A stretch of 64,000 nucleotides of DNA, taken from NCBI GenBank assembly GCA_964571635.1, contig CAZNCN010000006.1, positions 838 to 64,837 of the forward strand, read 5' to 3'. Below are positions 26,704-35,980 of the stretch, in pieces. Every line of letters starts with the position of its first letter. Position 1 is the stretch's first letter. The notes beneath the pieces are model-generated. The model was not told where the DNA came from. It was given only the letters and a program-made list of their open reading frames with translations, and did not search any database. Source of the DNA: an uncultured Ruminococcus sp. GTDB taxonomy: Bacteria > Bacillota > Clostridia > Oscillospirales > CAG-382. A program made the position numbers and the translations under genes.

Positions 26704-29134
26704 AGCTCTCAAGACCTCGCCCTCGGGTCTTGCGTCGGCAGAGGCACGCTCAAGGCTTGAGTCGCACGGCAAAAACTGCCTGAAAAAGCAAAAGAGGCAG
26801 AGCTTTTTAAAACGCTTTTTTGCCGCCATGAATGACAAGCTGATAATCATATTGCTGGTTGCGGCACTGATAAGCTTTGTCTGCGACCTTGTTTCGGGCA
26901 GCCTGTCTGCCGATGCACCGATAATTCTGGCAATAGTATTGCTCAACACGTTTATCGCTGTCATTCAGGAGAGCCGCGCCGAAAAGGCGATAGATGCATT
27001 AAGGTCGCTTTCTTCCGAGCGATGCACGGTTATAAGGGATGGCAGAGAGCAGCTCATTGACAGCACAGATATAGTCGTCGGTGATATTGTCGTGATACAT
27101 AAGGGTGAGCGAGTGCCTGCGGATATGCGCATATTCGAGCAGTCGGGCTTGATGGCTGACGAATCTATGCTCACGGGCGAATCTGCGCCTGTTTCAAAAA
27201 CGGCCGACGATCTGCCCGCCGCAGAGCATCCTGCCGAAATGCATAATATGCTTTTTTCGTCGACGCTCGTCACGGCAGGACACGGCAGGGCGGTCGTTGT
27301 CAATGTCGGAATGAATACGTTCGTCGGTTCTGTCGCCGAAATGCTTTCGTCAAAGCCGCCCGAGCAGACACCGCTGCAGAGGCGGCTTGCGGGAATCGGC
27401 AATATGCTGGGCAATTTTGCGCTCGCGATATGCGCAATTATTTTCATTATATCTATTATAAGGGGATTGCCGCCTGCCGAAATGTTCGTCACGGGCGTCG
27501 GGCTTGCGGTTGCCGCGATACCCGAGGGACTGCCTGCGATAGTTACGGTGGTGCTTTCAACAGGTGTCAAGACCATGGCGGCACAACGAGCGGTCGTGAG
27601 GCGGCTCACTGCAGTCGAAACACTCGGCTCTGCCACGGTCATTTGTTCAGACAAGACAGGCACGCTTACGATGAACAAAATGACAGTCACAAAGACCTAT
27701 GGTGACGAGGACATGATAAAGCAGATCATCGCCGCCTGCCCCGGTGCGACGGGCGGAACAGAGGATGCACTGCTTGCATACTGCGGTTTGCGTGAAACGA
27801 GCACTCCTTTATGCGAATTGCCGTTTGATTCAGAAACCAAATTCACCGCGGCGGTGCACAGAACCCACGAAAAATATGTCCTGTATGTCAGAGGAGCACC
27901 TGAAAAAATACTGCAAAGGTGCAGGGACGGCGAAGAATATATGCTTTTGGCATCAAAAATGGCGTCAGAGGGCTCGAGAGTGGTCGCTTTTGGCTATTGC
28001 GAGAGCGAAAAAATGCCAGATATGCTTTCGTCGCCGCTTGTTTCTGCAGGCGTGGTGGGGATGAGTGACCCTCCCAGAGAGGGCACACGCGATGCGGTCG
28101 AGCTCTGCCGCAGAGCAGGCGTAAGGACTGTCATGATCACGGGCGACCACAAAGATACCGCGCTTTCTGTTGCAAAGCAGATAGGCATATACAGGCAGGG
28201 CGACAGCGTGCATACCGAAAACGAATTGTCACCTCTGTCGGGCGAGGCGTTTGCCGCCGAGGTGGCACGCACGACTGTCTTTGCACGCACCACTCCTGCC
28301 TTTAAACTGCGCATAGTTGAGGCTCTGCAGTCGAGGGGCGAAACAGTCGCCATGACAGGCGACGGCGTTAACGACGCTCCCGCACTCAGAAAAGCTGATA
28401 TAGGCTGTGCCATGGGACTGTCGGGCACCGATGTCGCAAAGGAGGCGGCCGACCTCGTTTTGACCGATGACGATTTCGGCACTATCGCCGCCGCTGTAAG
28501 AGAGGGCAGGGGACTGTTGGCAAACATAAAGCGCTCGGTGCATTTTCTGCTTTCGTGCAACATCGGCGAACTGCTGTGCGTTTTTGCTGCGCTCGTGATA
28601 GGTATGCCGCCGCCGCTTGGTGCTGTTCAATTGCTTTGGATAAACCTCGTGACAGATTCGTTGCCCGCGATAGCACTCGGACTCGAGAGCACAGATCCCG
28701 ACGTGATGAAGCGAAGGCCGATAAGGCGCGATGCCCCGCTTTTCGGCGGCAGATGTATTTTTGAAATGTGTACCGAGGGACTGCTCATCGGGCTTGTATC
28801 ACTGCTTGCTATGCTTTTCGGTTCGGGCACGTCGCCCGAGGTCGGCAAGACGATGTGCTTTGCCGTCATGTCGATATCCGAATTGCTGCACTGCTTTAAT
28901 ATGCGCACACGAAAGGCGGCAATAAAAGCGCACCTGCCCAAAAACCCGTTTATATTTCCTGCGTTTCTGATATGCCTTTGTATGCAGTTGTCCGTAATGC
29001 TCATACCGAGCCTGCGAGTGCTGTTTGGCTGTGCCGAGCTCGATATTATGCAATGGCTGGCGGTACTTATGCTGTCGGCGGTCATATTGCCTGCGTGCGA
29101 AATTTACAAGTTGTTAACCAAAAGCAAGGACTGA
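26672..29134 (+). CDS. Cation-translocating P-type ATPase (P2A, Ca2+-type)
   Basis: TGES, PEGL, DKTGTLT, GDGVND, WINLVTD. Confidence 0.93.
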   Translation: MAINRISEVFKALKTSPSGLASAEARSRLESHGKNCLKKQKRQSFLKRFFAAMNDKLIIILLVAALISFVCDLVSGSLSADAPIILAIVLLNTFIAVIQESRAEKAIDALRSLSSERCTVIRDGREQLIDSTDIVVGDIVVIHKGERVPADMRIFEQSGLMADESMLTGESAPVSKTADDLPAAEHPAEMHNMLFSSTLVTAGHGRAVVVNVGMNTFVGSVAEMLSSKPPEQTPLQRRLAGIGNMLGNFALAICAIIFIISIIRGLPPAEMFVTGVGLAVAAIPEGLPAIVTVVLSTGVKTMAAQRAVVRRLTAVETLGSATVICSDKTGTLTMNKMTVTKTYGDEDMIKQIIAACPGATGGTEDALLAYCGLRETSTPLCELPFDSETKFTAAVHRTHEKYVLYVRGAPEKILQRCRDGEEYMLLASKMASEGSRVVAFGYCESEKMPDMLSSPLVSAGVVGMSDPPREGTRDAVELCRRAGVRTVMITGDHKDTALSVAKQIGIYRQGDSVHTENELSPLSGEAFAAEVARTTVFARTTPAFKLRIVEALQSRGETVAMTGDGVNDAPALRKADIGCAMGLSGTDVAKEAADLVLTDDDFGTIAAAVREGRGLLANIKRSVHFLLSCNIGELLCVFAALVIGMPPPLGAVQLLWINLVTDSLPAIALGLESTDPDVMKRRPIRRDAPLFGGRCIFEMCTEGLLIGLVSLLAMLFGSGTSPEVGKTMCFAVMSISELLHCFNMRTRKAAIKAHLPKNPFIFPAFLICLCMQLSVMLIPSLRVLFGCAELDIMQWLAVLMLSAVILPACEIYKLLTKSKD

Positions 29135-29184
29135 TGCGGTATAATGAGTGACGAAGGATAATCAAAGTAGGAGCATTTACAACT

Positions 29185-30270
29185 ATGCCGGTAAAATATT
29201 CAAGCTATTCACGCATATGCATCAACTGCGCCGCCGACAAAGGTCAAAAGCTCGCACCTATCGGCAGAGTCACCTATAAGGACGGCTATTTGCGCATTTT
29301 GTGGTGCAACAGCGGCTTTAAATTTGTGTTCAGAGGCAGCCATATCAACATCGCGCTCGGCGAGATGAAATATGACGATCCCGTCTATATCAAGATCACG
29401 GTTGATAATACGGTCTATAAATTTGCCGTTTCGACAGGCAAAGAACGCCTTATGATCGAGGGTCTGCACGACGGCGTGCATTATGTGCTCGTCGAGCGCA
29501 TAACCGAAGGTCTGACCCCTGTACTCTTTAAGAGCGTCACGCTTTTCGGCTCAAAGATCGTTGTGCGCCCGAGCAGGGTATCCGCAACAAAGCGCATCGA
29601 GTTTTTGGGTGACTCGCTCACCTGCGGCTACGGTGTGCTCGCAGAGCCGACGGTTGCCGAGTACAACACCTATGAAGAGGATAGTACACGCACCGCCGCT
29701 TATATGGCAGGCACTGCATTTAAGGCGGATATACGCACGATATGCCTGTCCGGCAAGGGCATGGTCTGCAATTGCAACGGCGACCGCTCTGACCATCGCG
29801 CTTGCAACTTCTTTAAATATGATGATTTTGACGGCACTATGCATGATTTCAGCACATGGCAGCCGAGCCTGCTCGTCATAAACATCGGTACTAACGACGC
29901 CTGGGGTGCCGCTACCGAGTCGGAATATATCGACGAGATGCGCAAGTTTGCACATTTCGTGCGTGAGGTCTATCCCGACACCAGGGTGCTTTGGCTATGC
30001 GGTATGCTCGGTGCGCAGTATTATGCCGAGCCGCTTGCCGCTCTTATCAAAGAACTCGGCGGTGAGAAAGAGGGCTATTATATGCTCAAATTCGAACCCA
30101 TCGAGAAATACGACGGCGAGAGAGGCGGTGGAGGCCATCCCAACCTCAGAGCGCAGACGAGGTTTTCAAAGGCGCTTATCAGACATATCCACAGCATAAT
30201 GAATTGGCCTGTCAAGGGCAATAAGGACGAGGTCTGCGATGATCTCGGCGACGATACCGACGCAGAATAA
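29185..30270 (+). CDS. SGNH/GDSL hydrolase, CE2-like carbohydrate esterase
   Basis: N-terminal beta domain, then IEFLGDSLTCGYG, NIGTND, GGHP; no signal peptide. Confidence 0.82.
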   Translation: MPVKYSSYSRICINCAADKGQKLAPIGRVTYKDGYLRILWCNSGFKFVFRGSHINIALGEMKYDDPVYIKITVDNTVYKFAVSTGKERLMIEGLHDGVHYVLVERITEGLTPVLFKSVTLFGSKIVVRPSRVSATKRIEFLGDSLTCGYGVLAEPTVAEYNTYEEDSTRTAAYMAGTAFKADIRTICLSGKGMVCNCNGDRSDHRACNFFKYDDFDGTMHDFSTWQPSLLVINIGTNDAWGAATESEYIDEMRKFAHFVREVYPDTRVLWLCGMLGAQYYAEPLAALIKELGGEKEGYYMLKFEPIEKYDGERGGGGHPNLRAQTRFSKALIRHIHSIMNWPVKGNKDEVCDDLGDDTDAE

Positions 30271-30280
30271 TGCGTTTTAT

Positions 30281-30315
30281 GCGAGAGCTTCATGCAAGAG
30301 GCTCTCGCTTTTTTT
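30281..30315 (+). terminator. Intrinsic terminator
   Basis: GCGAGAGC/GCTCTCGC stem plus T7. Confidence 0.8.
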
Positions 30316-30356
30316 ATGTTAATTATAATTGGCAAAAAAAGTTTGCCATTTTCAGG

Positions 30357-30406
30357 TTGACAACTGAGCCTGTATGCATTAAAATAGCATATGTGTAAGT
30401 TTACAC
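30357..30406 (+). promoter_or_regulatory. Sigma-A promoter with a downstream palindrome (possible operator)
   Basis: TTGACA-17-TAAAAT; GTGTAA-GT-TTACAC at 30393-30406. Confidence 0.6.
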
Positions 30407-30442
30407 TGTTAAATTATTCAACTGTCCTACGGAGGTGCTTTG

Positions 30443-32278
30443 ATGCGCAGGATTATTTCTGTTTTTGCAGCGGTTTTGCTGATAATGTCGATTTATGCCG
30501 ATCTTGCGCATATTTATGCAGCGGAGCAGGAGGTAGTTTTTAATTTTTCGGATGCCGTTTCATATGGCGGAACAGCCGCCGACGACGGCGAGCGTATTTA
30601 TTATGCCGACCCCGACAACGGCAATGCGCTTACTGTGAGGCTGTACGGCAGCAGGTTTTCGGCGGTGATATGCCAGATGCCTGCTTCAAGCATAAATATT
30701 TCGGGAGGCAGAATATATTTTATCTCCGACGGCGGAATATGGGCGTGCTGCACCGACGGCTCGGGATTGACAAAGCTTTATTCAGACGACGGCCTGTCAT
30801 GCCTGTATGTCGACGGCAATTATGCATATTTTCTCAGAGGTACGGCTGTATACAGACTGCGAGGCAGAGATGCGATCAAGCTTTTCGAAGACAGGCGCAT
30901 CAAGGCGTTTAAGCCTGTAACCAGCTATTGCATCGAGTGGTACGCCGACGATCCCGATTATTATGTCGAGGATTGCGGAGGTGCAAGCACCGATTCTGAA
31001 TATCTCAAATACCGCTATGATATATCCGAGGGCGTCAGCAAGCTCGTTAAAGAAGAGATAGCCGAGACCACGACAGATTATTCCGGCCCGTATGTCACTG
31101 TCGGCAACGCTACGCTGCCGCTTGCAGAGCATATGCCGGGTACATATTTCAGCAAAAACGGACAGGCGTGCACCTGCCATTCAAGACCCGATTGTGTCAG
31201 CAATCCGCCCGAATGCAACTGCATGAGATATTATCCGACGGGTGATGCTTATACCTGCGAGATAGATTTGCTGGGCTGCCAGTGCTTTGGCTTTTCAAGG
31301 CTCGTGTTTTATAAGTGCTTTGGCTTTATCGATCACGACACGGTCAACCCGGGCATGAGCTACAGCGTCGGCAGCATCGCAAGAGGCTCGGTCACCGCAA
31401 GCACAGTCAAGGAATTATTGCTGAAATGCAAGCCGGGCGCACATGTCAGGCTTTCGTTCGGACACTCATTCTCGATACTCGAGATGGACGACGACGGAAT
31501 AACCATCTATCACGGCAACGCAGGCGGAGACGGAGTTATCGCCTCTCCCTGCATAGTTTCGACAAGATATATGACCTGGCAGGCACTTGCTTCGTGGGCT
31601 GCCGCAGGTATAGCGTATGTGCGTATGCCGACCGATTATCCGGGCTATGAAACAGTCTCTGAGCCCAAAGTTCCCGGCTGGTATGTCACCGACAACCTTA
31701 TGAACATACGCAGCGGAGCAGGTACCAAATTTGACAAGACGGGCAAGCAATATGCCTCCGGCACGCTGGTCTATGTCGGCGAGGTCGTCGACAACGGCGA
31801 AAAGAGCGAGAATAATTGGGGCAAGACCGACCTCGGCTGGCTCTGCCTTGACTATTGCACGTTCATAACCGATGGCACTCTGTCACTTGCTGCAGACAGC
31901 GGCTTTAAGCAGAATTCCGACGGGTTTGTCTTTTCTGACGATGCTTCGACGGCGGGCGCACTTATCAGGGCAGCCAAAGGCTCTTATTTTGCGGTCTATT
32001 CGGCAGACGGCACAAAGCTCGGCAATGATGCTGCTTTGCCAACGGGAGCGGTGCTAACAATAGAATACGGCACAAAAACGCTCTATCAATTCCCTATTGT
32101 GCTGATGGGTGACATCAATTGCAACGCCCGTGTCGATATAGGCGATTATCTGATGCTCAAGCGTGCGTATTACGACTCTTTGAAGCTTGACGGCGCAGAG
32201 CTTGTCGCCGCCGACCTGACACAAAACGGTGCGATCGGTGCCGACGATTGGGCTTTGATGAAACGCCGCTTTTCGTAG
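30443..32278 (+). CDS. Secreted multidomain protein: beta-propeller-like (DUF5050-like), papain-like Cys/His domain, SH3b, X-dockerin; putative cell-wall hydrolase
   Basis: Signal peptide; QCFGFSR...HSFSIL...YHGN; MNIRSGAGT...WGKTDLGWLCLDY SH3; GDINCNARVDIGDYLMLKR...ADLTQNGAIGADDWALMKR dockerin. Confidence 0.78.
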   Translation: MRRIISVFAAVLLIMSIYADLAHIYAAEQEVVFNFSDAVSYGGTAADDGERIYYADPDNGNALTVRLYGSRFSAVICQMPASSINISGGRIYFISDGGIWACCTDGSGLTKLYSDDGLSCLYVDGNYAYFLRGTAVYRLRGRDAIKLFEDRRIKAFKPVTSYCIEWYADDPDYYVEDCGGASTDSEYLKYRYDISEGVSKLVKEEIAETTTDYSGPYVTVGNATLPLAEHMPGTYFSKNGQACTCHSRPDCVSNPPECNCMRYYPTGDAYTCEIDLLGCQCFGFSRLVFYKCFGFIDHDTVNPGMSYSVGSIARGSVTASTVKELLLKCKPGAHVRLSFGHSFSILEMDDDGITIYHGNAGGDGVIASPCIVSTRYMTWQALASWAAAGIAYVRMPTDYPGYETVSEPKVPGWYVTDNLMNIRSGAGTKFDKTGKQYASGTLVYVGEVVDNGEKSENNWGKTDLGWLCLDYCTFITDGTLSLAADSGFKQNSDGFVFSDDASTAGALIRAAKGSYFAVYSADGTKLGNDAALPTGAVLTIEYGTKTLYQFPIVLMGDINCNARVDIGDYLMLKRAYYDSLKLDGAELVAADLTQNGAIGADDWALMKRRFS

Positions 32279-32458
32279 CCTGCCTTAGGCTTGCCTCTTA
32301 AGGTAACATAATGCGTTTTGAACGCAGATTTTTGCAAAAAAAGATAGGTTAAAATACACAAATTTTTGTATACCCACTTTACAACGGCATCAAAATGTGG
32401 TATAAATAATCAAGCGTGTATGCATATCATACTCAAATAAAAAAAGGAGATTATTCAA

Positions 32459-34477
32459 ATGAAAAAACTGATTGCTTTAATGCTTACAGTTCTTATGGTT
32501 CTCTCGGTCTGCGTGTTTACCGCAGTCGCTGCTGAGCCTAAGATCACCGCTACTGTCACTGATGGCTCTGTTGAGATCCCTGCTGATCTTTCAAAGCTTA
32601 TCGATGGCCAGGACGGCAAAGCTGCAACCGCTTTCAGTGATGCAAGCCTTCTCGCTTTTAAGAACACCGGCTTTAATCACGACGATGGCGTTGACGCTGC
32701 TGTTTCCGCTACTGTTGAGTTCGTTTATGACCTCGGCGAAGTTAAGTCGCTCAAGGGTCTCTTTATGAACTTCTTCAAAGACACCAACTGCATGGTTGCT
32801 GTTCCCTCCGTTCACTTTTATGTTTCTGTTGACGGCAAGGATTATTACCACATGAATGCCGCATCGGCACTCAATGGCGACAGCGCAGAAGAGGTCAAAA
32901 CCGTTTCGCTTGCAACTCCCGATAACAGAGCAGTTGTTACCGCTCGTTATATCAAGGCTGTTGCAACCTTCAAGAACGGCTGGTTCTTTGCTTCTGAAAT
33001 CGGCTATGTTGCCGAAGATGGCGGCACAGCTCCCGAAGGACCTTATCCTTATGTTGATTCAAACAGCGGCTCGTATGGCGTTGCTGTTTACAACACCCCC
33101 GGCTCTTATGACCTTTCTCAGGCTACTGACGTCAACAAGTTCAGCAACGCACAGATCGTTATTGCAACTTATGATGCAGCTAAGGGTGCTTATGCTATCC
33201 GTTATGACAAGGTCAATCCTTGGCCCAACGGACACACCGACGTTATCACTCTCGCTGATGGCGAGATACTGATCGCTGTTAACACCGGCGGCACTATCCC
33301 TGCAACCTTCGAGGGCGACAGCAATGCTACCAGCTCTCTCAAGTGGTTGCTCCGCGGCATGAAAGAGGGCGACTATGTTGTAGTCGATACCGCAGCATCG
33401 ACCGTTTCTTTCTATCCCTCGACTCACAAGTTCGCTTCTGCTGAGCCTGAAGTTCCCGAAGTCAAGGGCACTATCGCATATTCTTATCACTATGCAGGCG
33501 GCGCTTCTGCTATAATCACCAGCAACCTCGGCGCAACTGTCGGCGAAGTTTGCCAGAAGAGCGCAAAGGGCGAAGTCAAGAACCATGCCTATTGGGATTT
33601 CGCAACCTGCGAATGGGATGACACTGCTAAGGCTTATGTCGTTACCGACATCTCGCTTGGCGGCGACGGCGTTGATCACACCGACTATCCCATCACCGAC
33701 AAGGGCTTTGTCCTCGGCGCACACAGCAACGAGACCTCGCTCAAACCCTTCATCCGCAGCCTCAAGGTTGGCGACAAGGTCTACACCAACGTCGACATTG
33801 ACAACCTCACCTATGACCAGGCTCTCACCGACGCTTATGTTAGCAACAAGGCGTTCGAAGGCAGCCACGTATATGATCCGTATGCTAAGCTTCTCGGCAC
33901 TCCTCACGACGATCCCGCTTACACTCTCGTAGTCGGCGGCCCCAAGGATGGCTACAAAGCAGGCGAAAAGATCACTGTCACCGTTTCTCTTAAGGACGTT
34001 GCCGACAAGCTCAGCCTGTTCGATTTCAAGCTTTTCTATGACACAACCAAGGTCACTCCCGTTGTCAAGAACAACGCTGAGACCAGCAACCAGGAGATGG
34101 AAGCATTCATCGTTGCTCCCACCACTTGGGAGATCATCAACTCGCTCGACGAGACCGCTGGCTTCTATCACATCGCTATCTCCGATGTTGCAGGCAAGAC
34201 CGCTATCGGCAACGACGAGCTTGACATCAAGATCGAGTTCACCGTTAACGCTGACACTGAGGGCGACATTCTCTTCTATATCCGTCACGATTTCGAAGAC
34301 AACAACGCTGCATTCAACGACCTGAGCGAAACCATGGGCAACGGCAGCTATGTCCTCGTCAGCCCCTATGTTGAGCCCGTAGTACCCCCCACAGGCGACC
34401 TCGGCATGTTCGCAATCGTCGTTCTTGCTATCGTTGCTCTGTTCGGCTCTGCTATCGTTATCAAGTCCAGAAAGTAA
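32459..34477 (+). CDS. Sortase-type cell-wall-anchored protein: discoidin/F5-8-like domain, two repeat modules, cohesin
   Basis: Signal peptide; LIDG...YDLGEVK...YVSVDGKDY...ARYIK...FASEI; cohesin AGEKITVTVSL..FDFKLFYDTTKV; PPTGD, TM, KSRK; strong codon bias. Confidence 0.8.
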   Translation: MKKLIALMLTVLMVLSVCVFTAVAAEPKITATVTDGSVEIPADLSKLIDGQDGKAATAFSDASLLAFKNTGFNHDDGVDAAVSATVEFVYDLGEVKSLKGLFMNFFKDTNCMVAVPSVHFYVSVDGKDYYHMNAASALNGDSAEEVKTVSLATPDNRAVVTARYIKAVATFKNGWFFASEIGYVAEDGGTAPEGPYPYVDSNSGSYGVAVYNTPGSYDLSQATDVNKFSNAQIVIATYDAAKGAYAIRYDKVNPWPNGHTDVITLADGEILIAVNTGGTIPATFEGDSNATSSLKWLLRGMKEGDYVVVDTAASTVSFYPSTHKFASAEPEVPEVKGTIAYSYHYAGGASAIITSNLGATVGEVCQKSAKGEVKNHAYWDFATCEWDDTAKAYVVTDISLGGDGVDHTDYPITDKGFVLGAHSNETSLKPFIRSLKVGDKVYTNVDIDNLTYDQALTDAYVSNKAFEGSHVYDPYAKLLGTPHDDPAYTLVVGGPKDGYKAGEKITVTVSLKDVADKLSLFDFKLFYDTTKVTPVVKNNAETSNQEMEAFIVAPTTWEIINSLDETAGFYHIAISDVAGKTAIGNDELDIKIEFTVNADTEGDILFYIRHDFEDNNAAFNDLSETMGNGSYVLVSPYVEPVVPPTGDLGMFAIVVLAIVALFGSAIVIKSRK

Positions 34478-34513
34478 TTTCTGCGCCTTGGATTTCAGCA
34501 TCTGAATAAAAGA

Positions 34514-34549
34514 TCTCCCCTTCGGTTTTAAGCCGAAGGGGAGTTTTTT
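34514..34549 (+). terminator. Intrinsic terminator
   Basis: CTCCCCTTCGG/CCGAAGGGGAG stem plus T6. Confidence 0.9.
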
Positions 34550-34570
34550 GCTGTCTGATATGTTGTTTTG

Positions 34571-35086
34571 TCAGAATAATTTTATCGTTTCAACCAATGC
34601 ACAGATGCCGAGAGCCCGGACGACAATGACAAAGACCCACCATAATACCGTGACGAATTTGTTTGATCTAACACTGTCACAGCGTACCATATTCAGCGAA
34701 AATATCGCAAATTCAAAGCCGATGAAGGTCAGGTTCGCCGTAGACACTATGCTGTTTTTTAATGTCGTGCAGGTAACATCGTTGCCGAAGTCTATGGGCT
34801 CGATCGGTGTGGCAGGGCACCATATTCAGAACAAAACAGAAAACAGCAGGATGAGAAACCGGATGGCATACAAGCATATTCTGTGAATAGTCATCTTGCC
34901 CTTGTAGGCGTCATCAATGTCACAGCGCGTGTCGAAATCAGACTGACTTATTAATATTTTCTGCTATGTTTCGTCCCTGACGCCAATATGCCGCTTTAGC
35001 AGCATGTATGGAAGGTAGGTGGAATTGAGCCGTGCGAGCAGCAGCTCACCTATGATTATAAAGCAGATTGCTGTGTAATAGCACAT
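34571..35086 (-). pseudogene. Decayed ~170-codon multi-TM membrane protein gene with two in-frame stops
   Basis: One frame from ATG 35086 (GGGGGTG RBS) to TGA 34571, interrupted by TAG 34966-34964 and TGA 34828-34826; four hydrophobic segments. Confidence 0.6.
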
Positions 35087-35256
35087 TTTGCACCCCCGAA
35101 TGAGTTTGTCTATCAATGTATATTCTACCATATTTCCGAAAAAACAATATTAAAAATCAAAATGGCAAAGCAGGCGATATTTACTTTTGCACTTTGTTAT
35201 GCTATGATATTATATATTATATCGAAACCATAGGCAGGAGGGCAGGAAGGACAGAA

Positions 35257-35850
35257 ATGAAGATTTATGACATTTCGCAGGAGGTATTCGGCTGCGAGGT
35301 ATATCCCGGTGACCCGATGCCGAAGCGCAGCATTCTTTTTTCGACAGAAAAGGGTGATGAATATAATCTGACGGCGTTCAGTATGTGCGCGCATAACGGC
35401 ACGCATTTGGATGCTCCGCGGCATTTTATAGACGGCGGCACAGCTATCGATGAGGTAAGCTTGACTTCGTTTGTGGGAATGGCGTATGTTGCAGAGCATT
35501 TTGGCGAAGTTAGTGCCGACGATGCGAGAAATATCATCAAAAAAGCATTGTCGTCAGATCAAAATGCCGCAAAGCGCATATTGCTCAAAGGCGATGCCGT
35601 CGTGTCGCTTGATGCTGCCAAAGTCTTTGCCGAAGCAAAAATATTGCTGCTCGGCAACGAGTCGCAGACGGTCGGCCCGATGGATGAGCCTATGCGGGTG
35701 CATCTCGAGCTTTTGGGTGCAGGCGTTGTGCTGCTCGAGGGAATAAGGCTTGCCGAGGTGAGCGATGGCGTTTATTTTTTGAGTGCCGCACCATTGAAGC
35801 TGGGCGGCTCTGACGGAGCACCTTGCCGAGCAATCTTGATATCCGAATAA
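35257..35850 (+). CDS. Cyclase family protein (kynurenine formamidase-like)
   Basis: HNGTHLDAPRHF, H..LLG...LLEG, APLKLGGSDGAPCRA. Confidence 0.9.
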   Translation: MKIYDISQEVFGCEVYPGDPMPKRSILFSTEKGDEYNLTAFSMCAHNGTHLDAPRHFIDGGTAIDEVSLTSFVGMAYVAEHFGEVSADDARNIIKKALSSDQNAAKRILLKGDAVVSLDAAKVFAEAKILLLGNESQTVGPMDEPMRVHLELLGAGVVLLEGIRLAEVSDGVYFLSAAPLKLGGSDGAPCRAILISE

Positions 35851-35918
35851 TTTTGCATTGAAAACATTCCGGAATCACGTCCCAAAAAAACAAAATCGCA
35901 TTAAATTCCCTATACCAC

Positions 35919-35947
35919 TTGACAAGACGCTGATTTATTGGTAAAAT
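35919..35947 (+). promoter_or_regulatory. Sigma-A promoter of fba
   Basis: TTGACA-17-TAAAAT with TGn extension. Confidence 0.75.
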
Positions 35948-35980
35948 ACATTGATAATAAAAAGCAAAGGAGTTATAACC

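Noticed and set aside
30394-30412. WalR box upstream of the putative hydrolase
   Set aside because: TGTAAG and TGTTAA are 7 bp apart, not the canonical 5
33059-34501. 480-aa minus-strand ORF
   Set aside because: Antisense shadow of the strongly codon-biased surface protein gene
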